Shown: piece after piece, positions 39,614-52,065 of the stretch | Layout: each line of letters starts with the position of its first letter | Position numbering within the stretch: position 1 is the first letter of the stretch | Assembly (NCBI RefSeq): GCF_022045235.1 | Contig: NW_027266269.1 | Coordinates: 5,394,001 to 5,458,000, forward strand | DNA length: 64,000 nucleotides | Reading direction: 5' to 3' | Origin: Haliotis cracherodii | Taxonomy: Eukaryota | The notes under the pieces: generated by a model | What the model was told of the DNA's origin: nothing | Database searches by the model: none | The model's input: the letters and a program-made list of their open reading frames with translations, nothing else | Translations under genes and position numbers: made by a program

Positions 39614-40484
39614 TGTCACCAGGAAGTTACTGCACCGTGATTGTATGATGATAATAATTGTCAGGTGACGAGGCCACAGCTAACAGGGTAACTCGATGAG
39701 CAAAACCCTTGTTTCACTTTCGATTTGACACTTCTGAGAAGTAGACCTAAGGGAGGTAACTGGCTTCGTTTTTCTTTCTTACAAATTGAGATTGAAATAT
39801 CAATACCTCAGCTGTAATGGGTCGGATGGCTAGGGTCAATTGCGTGTGGGTTCGAACCTGACGTCGTTAAAACGTGTCCTGATTATTTTTGGCGTGTGAC
39901 AGAATTTACTTGACAATTATATGTCTCCTGATTTATTTGGACTTTAGGTATACTGATTTATTTATTTGGTATTTGTGAGTGAGACAGAATTTACCTGGCA
40001 ATTCCTCGTGTCCTGATGTATTTGGTATTTGGGTTGGTTTGTTGGCTGGTTTGTTGTTTAACGCCGCACTCGGCAATATTCCAGCCATATGACGGCGGTC
40101 TGTGATCCAGTGATTGACATCATGAGCATCCATCCACTTACTTTGGATTGATGCCATGCATCAACCAAGTTCGCGAGCCTGACCTTCTGATCCCGTTAGT
40201 CGCCTCTTACGACAAGCGTAGTCGCCTTTTACGGCAAGCATGGGTTGCTGAAGACCTATTCTACCCCGAATTTTTGAGGGCCTGGTATTTGGGAGTGAGA
40301 CAGAATTTACCAAGCACTTTCCACGTGTCCTGATTTATTTGGTATTTGGGTTTGTTTGTTGGTTCGCTTGTTGTTTAACGCCGCACTCGGCAATATTCCA
40401 GCTATATGACGGCGGTCTGTGAATAATCAAGCCTGGACCAGACAATCCAGTGATTAATGTCATGAGCATCGATCAACGCACTTG

Positions 40485-40895
40485 CCACAGTGCCAGTTGA
40501 CCTCTCCCAATGCGAGCTGACCAGTGCTTGATGACACACTAACCATCTCTCACAGTGCCAGTTGACCTCTCCCAGTGGGTGCTGACTAGTGCTTGATGAG
40601 ATACTAACCAGCTCTCACAGTGCCAGTTGACCTCTCCCAATGCGAGCCGACCAGTGCTTGATGACACACTAACCTGCTCTCACAGTGCCAGTTGACCTCT
40701 CCCAATGCGAGCTGACCAGTGCTTGATGACACACTAACCATCTCTCACAGTGCCAGTTGACCTCTCCCAGAGCGAGCTGACCAGTGCTTGATGACACACA
40801 ACCATCTCTCACAGTGCCAGTTGACCTCTCCCAATGCGAGCTGACCAGTGCTTGATGACACACACTTATCGGCTCTAGCCACAGTACCAGTTGAC
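40485..40895. repeat. 65-bp minisatellite, about 6 units
   Basis: Same unit as 4721-6030. Confidence 0.9.
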
Positions 40896-41493
40896 ATAGT
40901 AACCTCATCACAGAACAACTAACTGGCACTCATCTGTTATTCATGAAGAGGACGTAAAACTATTATCAAACACGTTTTCAAATAAAGGGAATATTTATTT
41001 TAGCAAAAGATCGCATACAAATCGTCTAAACAGTGTGAGGACATATCAGAAATGTTCAGAATTCTAAATCTACACAGCTTTTGTAATCTTACGTCGTCTA
41101 TAAATACACACACTTTGTCAATAACGGCAACACAACACAGGTATGTTGATGGAAAACAAAAAAGTCACATGTCATTTGGGTATAACAAATCCCTGGAAAA
41201 AAGTCCATATAAGATGTACCAATTGTCACTCAAGATCAGATAGCAGGTGACCTATTCTCACTCCGGTTCATCTAACAGGAAACAGTCGCACTGTGAATCC
41301 TCATAAATTACTCTCATATTATTTTTTTATCTTCTCATACATATCAGAGAAAAAAGGATGGGCGTTGGGGTAGCCGTGTTGCTCGTTACACTGAAGTCCG
41401 AGGATGTATTGCCCACATGCCTACAGTGCAGGTCATTTCTGGTCCCCCGCCATGGGTCCGCTGAAAATCAACTCAATATCTCCTTTTCCTTTT

Positions 41494-42064
41494 TTACTTT
41501 CTTTCAAGGTAATCTACTCGCTTACGAAGTAGCTTAGCAAGGCTTCTCGATGAAAGTTTTGTATAGTATTCATGCTCAGCTATTGGGTAGCCATGTAGTC
41601 CACGGTGATTAATTGAAGCGTCAGATAACTTTTCTGTTGCTATCTCTAACAAAGTTTCCAATTCATACTTATCAGCCAGGTATAAGAAGTGCACCATGTC
41701 CTTATATTTTTCTACACCATACAACCTATCAATTTTACATAATGACAACAGAAACTCCTCACACCTTCTCTTCAGGCCAACAATCTGGTACTCGTCAGCC
41801 AGTTCCAGCAATTTGTCCACAGTTTCCATGGAGATAGGCCTGAGGTCTGATGGGTAAATACATAGCAGCATGTCCACAATGTCATCGCGAGATTTGCCTG
41901 GAAGTGGAATTTCAGTCTGCTGCTGTTCTTTAAAGTCGCCATTAAGCATGCGGTCAAAGACATCTGACGCAGTTGACAGAATCGCTTTATTGACGTAGAG
42001 ATGGCTTCCCTCCACCACAATCGCAACATCAGATTTAGCTGTGGGTTTATCAAAGACTGATGGC
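41494..42064 (-). CDS. BTB/POZ-domain protein terminal exon, subfamily III (divergent C-terminal half)
   Basis: Intact frame; acceptor tttcttattcgttgcag|G. Confidence 0.9.
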
Positions 42065-42311
42065 CTGCAACGAATAAGAAATTATCAGATGACGTCATGA
42101 CTGTCACCCATTAATAATCGATAATGGACCAGACAATCCAGTGATTAAGATCATAAGCATCGATCCACGCATCCCGTTAATCGCCTCTTACGACAAGCAT
42201 TGGCTGCTGAAGACATAGTCTATCCAGGATCTTCACGGGTCTCACGCGGACCTATACACTGGAGTATGGGCTGTGGGTCCCTGTTCCCCATTACCCGTCT
42301 CAGGTACTCAC

Positions 42312-42340
42312 CTTCTCTTCAGGAATACATGTGTGGCCAT
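42312..42340 (-). CDS. Candidate first exon type C (MATHVFLKR-R)
   Basis: 29 nt, AG|gtgagt. Confidence 0.65.
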
Positions 42341-42739
42341 TTTCAGCTTGCAGTAGAATTGTCTACCACACGGACAAGAAACGAGATCTTTATCGGAAAG
42401 CAAACCCGCTAGTGTTTTCAGTTTAGATTTCAACAATAGACAAACAGTAATGGGCAGTAACTCGCATGTTAGGTTCTCAGTTTTCCATTCGACTAGTTTA
42501 TTTATAGGATGTACTGTTGATTACACATGAACAGGCTTTGACGCACGACATTTACATGAACTGGGTCGAGGTTTAAGCTCAGTAACATTAGTCAGTGATG
42601 GTGAGTCAGACTCGCTGGCTTGGTTGATGCATGTTGAAGACCTAATTCTATCCCAGATCTTCACGGGTCACACGCGGACCTATACACTGGAGTATGGGCT
42701 GTGGGTCCCTGTTCCCCATACCCCGTCTCAGGTACTCAC

Positions 42740-42768
42740 CTTCTCTTCAGGAATACACGGTTGGCCAT
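42740..42768 (-). CDS. Candidate first exon type C (MANRVFLKR-R), tandem duplicate
   Basis: 29 nt, AG|gtgagt. Confidence 0.6.
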
Positions 42769-43078
42769 TTTCAACTTGCAGTAGAATTGGCTATCACACT
42801 GACAAGAAACGAGATCTTGATCGGAAAGCACACCCGCTTGTGTTTTTAGTTTCGATTTCAACAATAGACAAATAGTAATGGGAGGTAACTCGCATGCCAG
42901 GTTCTCAGGTTTCCATCTAACAACTAGTTTATGTATAGCATGTATTATTGGTTACACATGAACGCATAAAACGACTGTTGGTGTGTGAATGTGTCCACTT
43001 CGCGCTTAAGTCAAATGTTTGTTGGTTTGTTGCCTCGTCTGTCCGCGCCGACACTAACCGCAAAATCGTAGCGATGTA

Positions 43079-44558
43079 TACTGAGTCAAATTAAAAACTT
43101 CACATTTTTAAAAGTAATCCCATATATGATATAAAACGGACAAATGTATCAGAGAAGGTAATTTTTAATCATTAATGTCCAAAGAAGGATGTTAATTAAC
43201 GGTGGTAACCATAATTTGTTCCAAGCACCTACGGTATTCGGATATAACATCAACAGTTTAAATCATAAGTCCCAAGCACGAGAATCTGATGGCACACAAG
43301 TTCACTTGGGTGTATGGCCACAATGTGCGTTGACAACTGCCACACAACGCGTCCGCATGGACCTTGTGATGCTTGTGAACACATGATTTGGGTAGACGAC
43401 GCCATTGTTGCTGCAAAATGGTGCCAAGATCTTGCAAATTCTGTGATTGGTTCTCGAGAGTGCGCAGACTTCTGCCAAGAGCATCCCAGACGTGTTCGAT
43501 AGGATTGAGGTCGGGAGACCTTGACGGCCAGTCCATGACGTTGACTCCCGCATTCTGAAGGAAATTTCTTGTCAAAATTGCTGTGTGGGATCTGGCATTG
43601 TCGTGTTGGAAGATCAAACCGGGTCCATGTGCTGCCATAAAAGGCAGAAGTTCTGGTGCCAGCCTGGAACGTGCATTGCCACAGGAAGCACACCACACCA
43701 TGACACTTCCGCCTCGAAATCTGTCAACTTCCTGTACACAACACTGGGCGTAACGTTCATGACGGCGCCTCCACACCCTCGCCCTACCATCAGCAAACCG
43801 AAGATTAAATCGGGATTCATCACTGATGACGACTTGATTCCAATTCCTCTGAGTCCATCGTAAGTGTCGCTGTGCCCACAATTGACGTTGACGTCTGAGT
43901 AATTGAGTCAGAATCGGCCCGCAGTATGGCCGTCGTGCTTGAAGGTGAGCAGTTCTCAGGCGGTTTCTAACAGTTTGCGCACTCAGTTTACCCCTAAACA
44001 GTTCATTTCTGGTTGATGTAGCCGTCAAAAATCGGTTACGGAGGTGACGTAAGACAATCTGACGATCATCTGCATGTGACGTCACACGTGGTCGACCTGG
44101 CCGAGGGCGATCAACAGTGGTATCCGTTTGCTGTAGACGCGTCTGTAAATCATAAACAGTCCGTCGACTACAACCCATCGTCCTTGCGACTTCAGCTACG
44201 GACGTTCCCGTCTGCAACATGCCGATGGCACGTTCACGTTGCACATTTGAAAGGCGTGGCATGACAAATGGCCGTAAAGACTTTTGTTTTCTTGTGTTTT
44301 TCTTTTATTGTTAATGACTGCTAACACGTATGGCTGAAAACACGTGCGGTATTATGGCCACGTGACCAGTTGCACGTGAAAAACCACTTTTGCCACTATA
44401 GTGCTGTGCACATGATTTTGATCACCTGCACTTAAAACGAGTGTTATCTGAAGACAATACGTGGCCATTACTGTTTAAATACACAATAAGGGCCCACAGT
44501 GATAACTGGTCAAAATGTTAAAAGTTTAGGATAGTGAAGTTTTTAATTTGGTTCAGTA
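43079..44558 (-). mobile_element. Tc1-family DNA transposon, full-length ends
   Basis: TIRs TACTGAGTCAAATTAAAAACTTCAC / GTGAAGTTTTTAATTTGGTTCAGTA, TA TSD; empty sites near 7157 and 56073. Confidence 0.93.
43258..44262 (-). pseudogene. Tc1 transposase (DD34E), internally deleted and C-terminally frameshifted
   Basis: HTH, GRPR, SDESRF, QHDNAR, WPSRSPDLNPIE with 34 residues between D and E; a segment is missing between ARSRL and APELLPF. Confidence 0.85.
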
Positions 44559-45547
44559 TATATAACCCCACTGTCTATTATGTAGGATTGTAAAAGCGAG
44601 TATACCTGTGTGTTGTTGTACTAAAACCAGCGTAACCAACATGACGACTGATTGAGACTTGACCAGGTTAACCAGCAATTGACATTGGCATTGCATGAAA
44701 CCATTCACGCCTTCAGGGTATGATGGCACGCATAAAAGCTTTTGGTTGGTTGATTTTACGGCAAGCTTGGGTTGCTGAAGACCTATTTTACCCCGGAATC
44801 GTGTGACCATCCAAAACGCCTCTCACACCTAGCAGAGGTTGTTTCAAAAACCCCACGGGGCTTAAATATTAAAATGGTCATACTAAATTATTGATTTATG
44901 TTTAAAATTCCTTCATAATGTTATTGTTATGAATACACATAACGTGTGTACTATCTGTTATGACTGTCCGTCCATGGAAGGAATAGACAGCATTGCGACT
45001 GTAAACCGTTTGTTTTGTTTGTTTGTTTGTTGTTTAACGCCGCACTCTGCAATATTCAGCGAGCCTGACCACCCGATCCCGTCAGTCGCCTCTTACGACA
45101 AGCATAGTCGCCTTTTACGGCAAGCATGGGTTGCTGGAGAGTGGAGACCTATTCTATCCCGGATCTTCATGGTACCACAGTTAACTGAATATGTGCGAAA
45201 CATTCATTGTAGAAATTCTATAAAACCGAAAACCACCCTCGTCTTGTCCGTTTTCTTGATTAAATTGTTAATAAAAGATAAGTTGAGTTGAATTGCTTAC
45301 CAAATATACATTTCTTTCAAAAGGATATGTCAAAATAAAGAGGTGCAATATTGTTTCAACAGGAAAACAGGCAACAGGGTTTTCTGTCATGTTTGTTGTT
45401 TAATGCCCCTCTCGGCAATATGACGGCTGTTTGTGAATAATCGAGTCTGGACCAGACAATCCAGTGATAGACAACATGAGCATTGATATGTAGGACAGAA
45501 GTAGGCTGAATATAAATTTAAAGCATTGGACTTTAAAACAGATACTA

Positions 45548-45725
45548 GTGAGTGAGTGAGTGAGTGAGTGAGTTTGGTTTTACGCCGCTTTTAGCAGTAT
45601 TCCAGCAATATCTCGCCGGGGAACACCAGAAATGGGCTTCACACATTGTAACCATGTCGGGATTCGAACCCGGATCTTCGGCGTGACGAGCGAACGCTTT
45701 AACCACTAGGCCACCCGACCGCCCC
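45548..45725 (-). mobile_element. SINE family 1
   Basis: TSD aaaacagatacta. Confidence 0.85.
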
Positions 45726-45839
45726 AAAACAGATACTAACATCTCATTTAGTAACATATGGTTTTTCTTATTGAACACTGCTGAAAGCAATAATGTGTTG
45801 GTTATGCGTATATACTCTGATTACAGCCCAATTGGGGGA

Positions 45840-46105
45840 GACCCGTGAAGATTCCGGGGTAGAATAGGTCTTCAACAACCCATGCTTGCCGTAAAAGGTG
45901 ACTATGCTTGTCGTAAAAGGCGACTAACGGGATCGGGTGGTCAGGCTCGCTGACTTGGTTGATGCATGTCATCAATCCCAATTGCGTTGATTGATGCTCA
46001 TGATATTAATCACTGGATTGTCTGGGCCAGACTCGATTATTTACAGACTGCCGTCATATAGCTGGAATTTTGCTGAGTGCGGCGTTAAACAACAAACAAA
46101 TAAAC
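45840..46105 (+). mobile_element. SINE-like family 2, full length
   Basis: Complete copy with both hairpin repeats. Confidence 0.8.
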
Positions 46106-46527
46106 AAAATAAGCAGACATCAACTAACTGTTCCCAGGAGGAAACCGAACTCTTTGGCCAGTTATAATTCTGGAAGAAACTCCCGCTAGAAATCAAACTG
46201 GCACCATCCTTGGACCATTTCGAGAAACTGATTAAAACACCTTTTCCAAAAGTACTACGAGTGAGTGAGTATGGTTTCACGCCGCTTTTACCAATATTCC
46301 AGCAATATCACGGCGGGGGACACCAGAAATTGGCTTCACACATTGTACCCATGTCGGGAATCGTACCCCGGGTTTTCGGCGTGACGAGCTAACGCTTTAA
46401 CCATTAGGCTACCCGACCGCCCCGAAAGTGCTACGAGCTTTTTGGCCAGTGAATGCTTCACGTCGTTTCTCCCATTACTATAATTACCATTTATCCCCCC
46501 ACACTTTGCGTTCGTCTGTCTATCGTC

Positions 46528-46880
46528 GACCGCCTCCGTGGTCTGGTGGTAGAGCGTCCGCCCGGTGAGCGGAAGGTCCGGGGTTCGATCCCCGCCATAC
46601 CAAAAGACGTTAAAGGATGGTACTTGTTGTTACCCTGTCTGGCGCTCGGCATAAAGGGGCTTAAACAAGGACTGGTCGGCTCAGAGTCAGTATACTGTGT
46701 CTGAGTGGGGTATTCATGTTAAACTGCGAAAAAGGTATCTCAGTCTGCTAGCACTGTAAATCGGCATCAGTCCAGACTAGTACAAGCAGCCACACAAACA
46801 CACACACGTACATGCACGTCGCTATATAAGTGCAATAATCTTGGACGCAAAGCTAACCCCAATTTCACCTCACCTCACCT
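46528..46880 (+). mobile_element. SINE family 3
   Basis: Similarity to 22857-23215. Confidence 0.8.
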
Positions 46881-47649
46881 GCACCTATCATAATAAAAGC
46901 GTCAAAATTCTTTCCATATTCATGAGAAATTACTGCCAGAAACAGTCGATTGTACGTTCCGACTGTATAATGGTGAGTGAGTGAATTAAAGTTTAACGTC
47001 ATATCGGCAATATTTCAGCCATATCGTGACGAAACAAAATTTGACATTTACAATATATTTTAAACTGTATAAAATTCTGCCGACGAAGGGCAGTATAATA
47101 ACTAGAATATCACAGATTTACATAAAACTAGTTAGAGAGCATGTAAAAATATACTATCATTTTGCAACACAATATAAAAACAGGCTATAGATCGCCAACA
47201 ACTGAAGGTAGATCACCACGCTAGGATCCATGGGGACTTACAGTACTTTTGCTACCTGCATGGACCCCAGCAGGATTTACACCATCCCTTCAGTGGTTGG
47301 CGATTATTGTCAATTTAGCCGAATTAAAAGAACATATATTCTGCGATTAAAAACGTGGTAGTAATAAATATACTGTGAATGACGTGGACTTACGTACCAT
47401 CTCCGGGGGACAATCCTTTTACACTACTTCAACCCCCTTCGAGGTACAGCCACTGACAATCTTAGTTATCCAATTTATTCTACCAATATTAAAAGATCAT
47501 TTATTAACTACATAATGAGCATGAATGTGTTTATGAATCACTATCAAATTGTGATGATACCAGGTGTTCGCGAAAAGATGATCAAATTCTATCACCCCTC
47601 GCTTGTCAATAATGTACATATAATAAATGATGTAATTTACATCCCCGAA

Positions 47650-47695
47650 CATCGTCATCATCATCATCATCATCATCATCATGTTCATCATCATC
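47650..47695. repeat. (CAT)n microsatellite
   Basis: Also at 23968-24003 and 52529-52576. Confidence 0.85.
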
Positions 47696-48438
47696 GGAGT
47701 AAAAAAATCAGATTTTTAAAAAAATTATGAAATTTCACAGTTCTGCAACTACAGACTTTAAATTTTATTCAGAATCAGCAAAACAGATAAGAGTGGCCGG
47801 TTTTACCGGTATATCGGTAAATTGAGGTTCATTCTTTGCATGATGCGTATCACAATATCAGATGATTACAAATAGCGATTTTTATCATCTGTTTAATGTT
47901 ATTAAGTTGCCAAATACATGTATCTGCATTATGTTTCCGTAATTCCAAAATGCAAGTTCACATTCTGGAGTTCTTCTGTGGCATGATGTAGCACCAAGTC
48001 ATCACTATCCCGGAGCGTGCATCCTTGCGTAATTATTGAATGTCCCAGCATCTTGTTTTGTTCCATTTATAAACTTCTATTCCTGATTGATGTTTCAAAT
48101 TGCTTCTGAATTCACAATTTTGAATCATACAAAACATTGTGATACGTATCGCAATACGTCCTTCTGCATTGTAAAATATTGTGATACACATGAAACATCC
48201 AATACCCTTCCCTAAAACAAATATAACAAAATCGAACATTTGTGCTAAGGAATCAAATATTGTTTGATTTATTTGACTTATTTGAACATGCCAGAGCTAC
48301 AACGAATATATTTATAGATCACAGATGTTCTACAACGAGAATCCTTTCAGCTGTGAGTGCAATGGTACCCTCACACCTACTCAATAATGAAGTTAAACAT
48401 AAGTTGAAAACACGTAGAGAGGGGGCAAGTATTGTTAT

Positions 48439-48910
48439 TTTTTTTATTATAACTTTTTATTTCTGTTGCATTTTTACACATGGGTTATACAATGTAATAC
48501 ATAGGCAGTAAACAAAAGTTGAGAACAGAATTATTGTGTGGGAAACAAAAGATGACAAGATGACCAAAATTTGTAGAATTTATCGATACTATTACTTATG
48601 AGAGCTGTGTATTTTGTAAGCATGTAATATTTGTAAATCTCTTTTTTTAAAAACTGGAAGTTCGGTACCTTTTTTTTTATATCTATATTTAAAAATTACG
48701 AATTTACAAAGTAAGATAATTACATTTATAGGATCGTTGTGTTGCTGATGAAATCCAAGCAGAATGTTTTTTCTTGTTAATGTGAGCTTAACTTGAATCT
48801 CATCTGATAGCCACTCTTCCAGTTTTTGCCATATGGGTTTCACTTTGCTACAGTCTGCCAGTGCATGGGAAACAGATTCTATACTATTTGAACAAAAACT
48901 ACATGTCTCC
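48439..48910 (-). mobile_element. 5'-truncated L1/Tx1-like LINE 3' end
   Basis: CSFC..ESVSHALADC..W zinc-knuckle, then ILLGF..IILLCKFVIFK; A-rich tail; TSD gtattgttat (48429-48438, 48911-48920). Confidence 0.85.
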
Positions 48911-49338
48911 GTATTGTTATGGTGTTCAGGTGATTTTTGTTTTTTAACAATGAAGTTAAACATTAGTTTAAAACACGTAGAGAGGGGGCAAGTATTGTTA
49001 TGGTGTTCAGGTGATTTTTGTTTTTTAACAATGAAGTTAAACATTAGTTTAAAACACGTAGAGAGGGGGCAAGTATTGTTATGGTGTTCAGGTGATTTTT
49101 GTTTTTTAACAATGAAGTTTAACATTAGTTTAAAACACGTAGAGAGGGGGCAAGTATTGTTATGGTGTTCAGGTGATTTTTGTTTTTTAACAATGAAGTT
49201 AAAAAATTAGTTTAAAACACGTAGAGAGAGGGCAAGTATTGTTATGGTGTTCAGGTGATTTTTGTTTTTTAACAATGAAGTTTAACATTAGTTTAAAACA
49301 CGTAGAGAGGGGGCAAGTATTGTTATGGTGTTCAGGTG
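48911..49338. repeat. 81-bp tandem repeat, about 5.3 units
   Basis: Unit starts at 48911, 48992, 49073, 49154. Confidence 0.95.
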
Positions 49339-49356
49339 GAGTCAATGCCGTGCATA

Positions 49357-49921
49357 TCACTTTTGAAAGTGGTAAATCATTTCAGCCATCAGCTTGATCT
49401 TGGTTTCATTCCTAAGATTCACAAAGTCCTGTTTGTTCTCCAGATACATGGTATTCTTCGGGTTATACGCTGGACATCTAAATTGGTAGTATTTCACAAT
49501 TTGTATTGCACCATGCAGGAGATCAGGCAAGCTGTGCTTATCTGCAAGATATAAAGCGTGAAGAACCTCTCTTTGTGAAATATATTTGTCAACACAGCGT
49601 GTTAACAGAAACCCCTCACACTTCCGCTTCAAGACATCAATCTGGTACTCGTCAGCCAGTTCCAGCAGTCTGTCCACCGTTGCCTTGGTGACAGGCCGGA
49701 GTTCTGATGGGTAAATACAGAGAAGCAAGTCCACAATGTCATCATATGTTTTTCCCGGTAGAGGGACTTCACTTTCCTGCTTTTCTTTAAAATCTCCATT
49801 AAACATCCTGTGAAAAACATCCGATGCTACTGAAAGTGCCCCTTTGTTGACGTGAAGACGTCTCCCTTCTACAACCAGAGCGACATCAGTCTTGTCAGAG
49901 GGTTCGTCAAACACAGATGAC
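49357..49921 (-). CDS. BTB/POZ-domain protein terminal exon, subfamily II
   Basis: Intact BTB; acceptor tcttctatgctggcag|G; stop earlier than in the 24616 copy. Confidence 0.88.
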
Positions 49922-50273
49922 CTGCCAGCATAGAAGATCAAATCCATGGGTCACGTAACATCAGACAAAACAAGATCGTTACAATACATACTCGTCTTTA
50001 CACTTGTGTTTCATTTCTTGACATTATCATAACAACGTAAGTTACATCAATACATTTCGCTCGGTCAGAAACCATAGAAAGTCCACTCGTTTCGTAAAAA
50101 TGGTATCTAACGAGAATGTGTGCTGAGTTCACTATTTATCTTTCAAAGTTAGTGTAATGGCTACCATTTTGGAAAAATTATAAGTTAAGGAAGGTTTTTG
50201 TTTGTTTGTTGTATAACGCCCCACTCAGCAATGTTCCAGCTATATGACGGCGGTCTGTAAATGATCGAGTCTG

Positions 50274-50381
50274 GGCCCCGTTCCACAAAGCGATCTCAGC
50301 TCTAAGTTGATTGTAAGTTCCATACTTTAACATAAGCTTATGACAGTCGTAACGCTAAGATCACTTTGTGGAACGGGCCCC
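50274..50381. mobile_element. Short MITE, PIF/Harbinger-like
   Basis: TIRs GGCCCCGTTCCACAAAG / CTTTGTGGAACGGGCC; CTG duplicated; inserted in a family 2 SINE. Confidence 0.65.
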
Positions 50382-50430
50382 TGGACCAGAATCAAGTGAT
50401 TGACATCATGAGCATCGATCGACGCAAATG

Positions 50431-50900
50431 GTGAGGTGAGGTGAGGTGAGGTGAAATTGGGTTTAACGTCGTTCCAAGATTATTGCACTTATATAGCGAC
50501 GTGCATGTACGTGTGTCTGTTTGTGTGACTACCTGTACTAGTTCGGACTGATGCCGATTTATAGCGCTAGCTCACTGAGATACCATGCCGCAGTACATGA
50601 ATACCCCACTCAGACACAGTATACTGACTTCGAGCCGACCAGTCCTTGTTTTAGCCCCTTAATGTCGAGCGCCAGACAGGGTAACAACAAGTACCATCTT
50701 TTAACGTCTTTTGGTATGACGCAGTCGGGGATCGAACCCCGGACCTTCCGCACCCTGGGCGGATGCTCTTCCACTAGATCGACGGGTATTTAATCATAAT
50801 AAACTTGTTTTCATCGCAAAATGGCTGCAATATTGCCGATGCGATGTAAAATTTTAACTCGCTTACTCACTCTACCACTAGACCACTGAGGCGGGCCGAG
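50431..50900 (-). mobile_element. SINE family 3 nested in family 2, itself interrupted (50779-50869)
   Basis: gcaaatgg flanks; the inner insert is flanked by ctct(t/a)ccactaga. Confidence 0.75.
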
Positions 50901-51366
50901 GCAAATGGGGTATGATGACATGCATCAACCAAGTCAGCAAGCCTGACCACCCGATCCCGTTAGTCGCCTCCAATGACAAACATAGTTGCTATTTACAGCA
51001 CGCATGGGTTGTTGAAGACCTATTCTACCCCGGATATTCACGGGACTTAAGGAAGGTAAGTCCGAGTAATCTACTGAAACACAGCGCATCACAGAACCAC
51101 TAAGGTAAGGGATATTATATTTGATGTCATCTCGTATTTCCTACTGTGCAAAGTGGGGCAGTCGGGTAGCCTAGTGGTTAAAGCATTGGCTCATCACACC
51201 AAAGACCCGGGTTCGATTCCCGACATGGGTACAATGTGTGCAGCCCATTTCTGGTGTCCCCCGCCATGATATTGGGTATCTTCATGATCCTCCCGAAATA
51301 ATAAGTGGATCTGAAATTGTCAGAAAAATGTCAGTTAAACTTTATCCTAACAACAGAATGATGTAC

Positions 51367-51401
51367 CTTTTTATTGCAGCGGAGATAATTACGAGGGCCA
51401 T
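51367..51401 (-). CDS. Candidate first exon type A (MALVIISAAIK-R) for BTB exon 49357-49921
   Basis: acaATGG, 35 nt, AG|gtacat. Confidence 0.65.
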
Positions 51402-51540
51402 TGTCGACTGTTGCTTGTTAAACGAAGAACGTACACCAGGAAATGGCTGTGCCCCAGGTCTGTCCTGTTTGTATTTTCGTTTTTAACGAATGCTGACTCA
51501 CTGCAAGCTCCTCACAGCGATACCCGTTCGCGGAGCTCTC

Positions 51541-52065
51541 CACCCGAGACGTGTTCAGGAGGGCGGGCGCTCGCGCGAGCGAACAGCGAGACACTATAAG
51601 GCCTTCCTGAACGGAAGGCGCGAACTCGCTCTCGCGGCACAGCATTCAAAATGGCGTCGCCGGGTGTCGGGACTGCTCTACTCGTTTGGCGTTAGAGGAA
51701 TTATCAAGGCCGGCGGAGGCTATGGATGCCACTTATTTAGATTATGCCCACACTGCTCTCGGTGTTTTATCACAAGACAGAAGAGGGATCCAAGCCCCAC
51801 TTGGCACAGTACGCATAGAGGACTATGTAGAGGCTACCGTGCCTCGATACAGGGACCCCCTGTTCAGGGCTCACTTCAGAATGAACAGAACGTCCTTTCA
51901 GGTTGTAATATTATTTCCAGTAGTGAATAAAGGCAAAAAATTTCACTGCTAGAATACCGGATAACTTCCGCCATAGGTCTATTAGAAATAAGGAATGTGC
52001 ACGCGCTCCTTCCTCAGTGACAGTTGACAACTTATTGTACATGTCGTTTTAACCACCTTGATAAA
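51541..52065 (+). mobile_element. PIF/Harbinger transposon 5' fragment (transposase N-terminus)
   Basis: YVEATVPRYRDPLFRAHFRMNRTSFQ resembles the Harbinger F..HFRM.R..F motif; GC-rich; frameshifted near the start. Confidence 0.7.

Noticed and set aside
43258-44262. Active Tc1 transposase
   Set aside because: Internal deletion in the catalytic domain and an aberrant C-terminus.
47497-47730. Poly-His / poly-Met ORFs
   Set aside because: Translation of a (CAT)n microsatellite.
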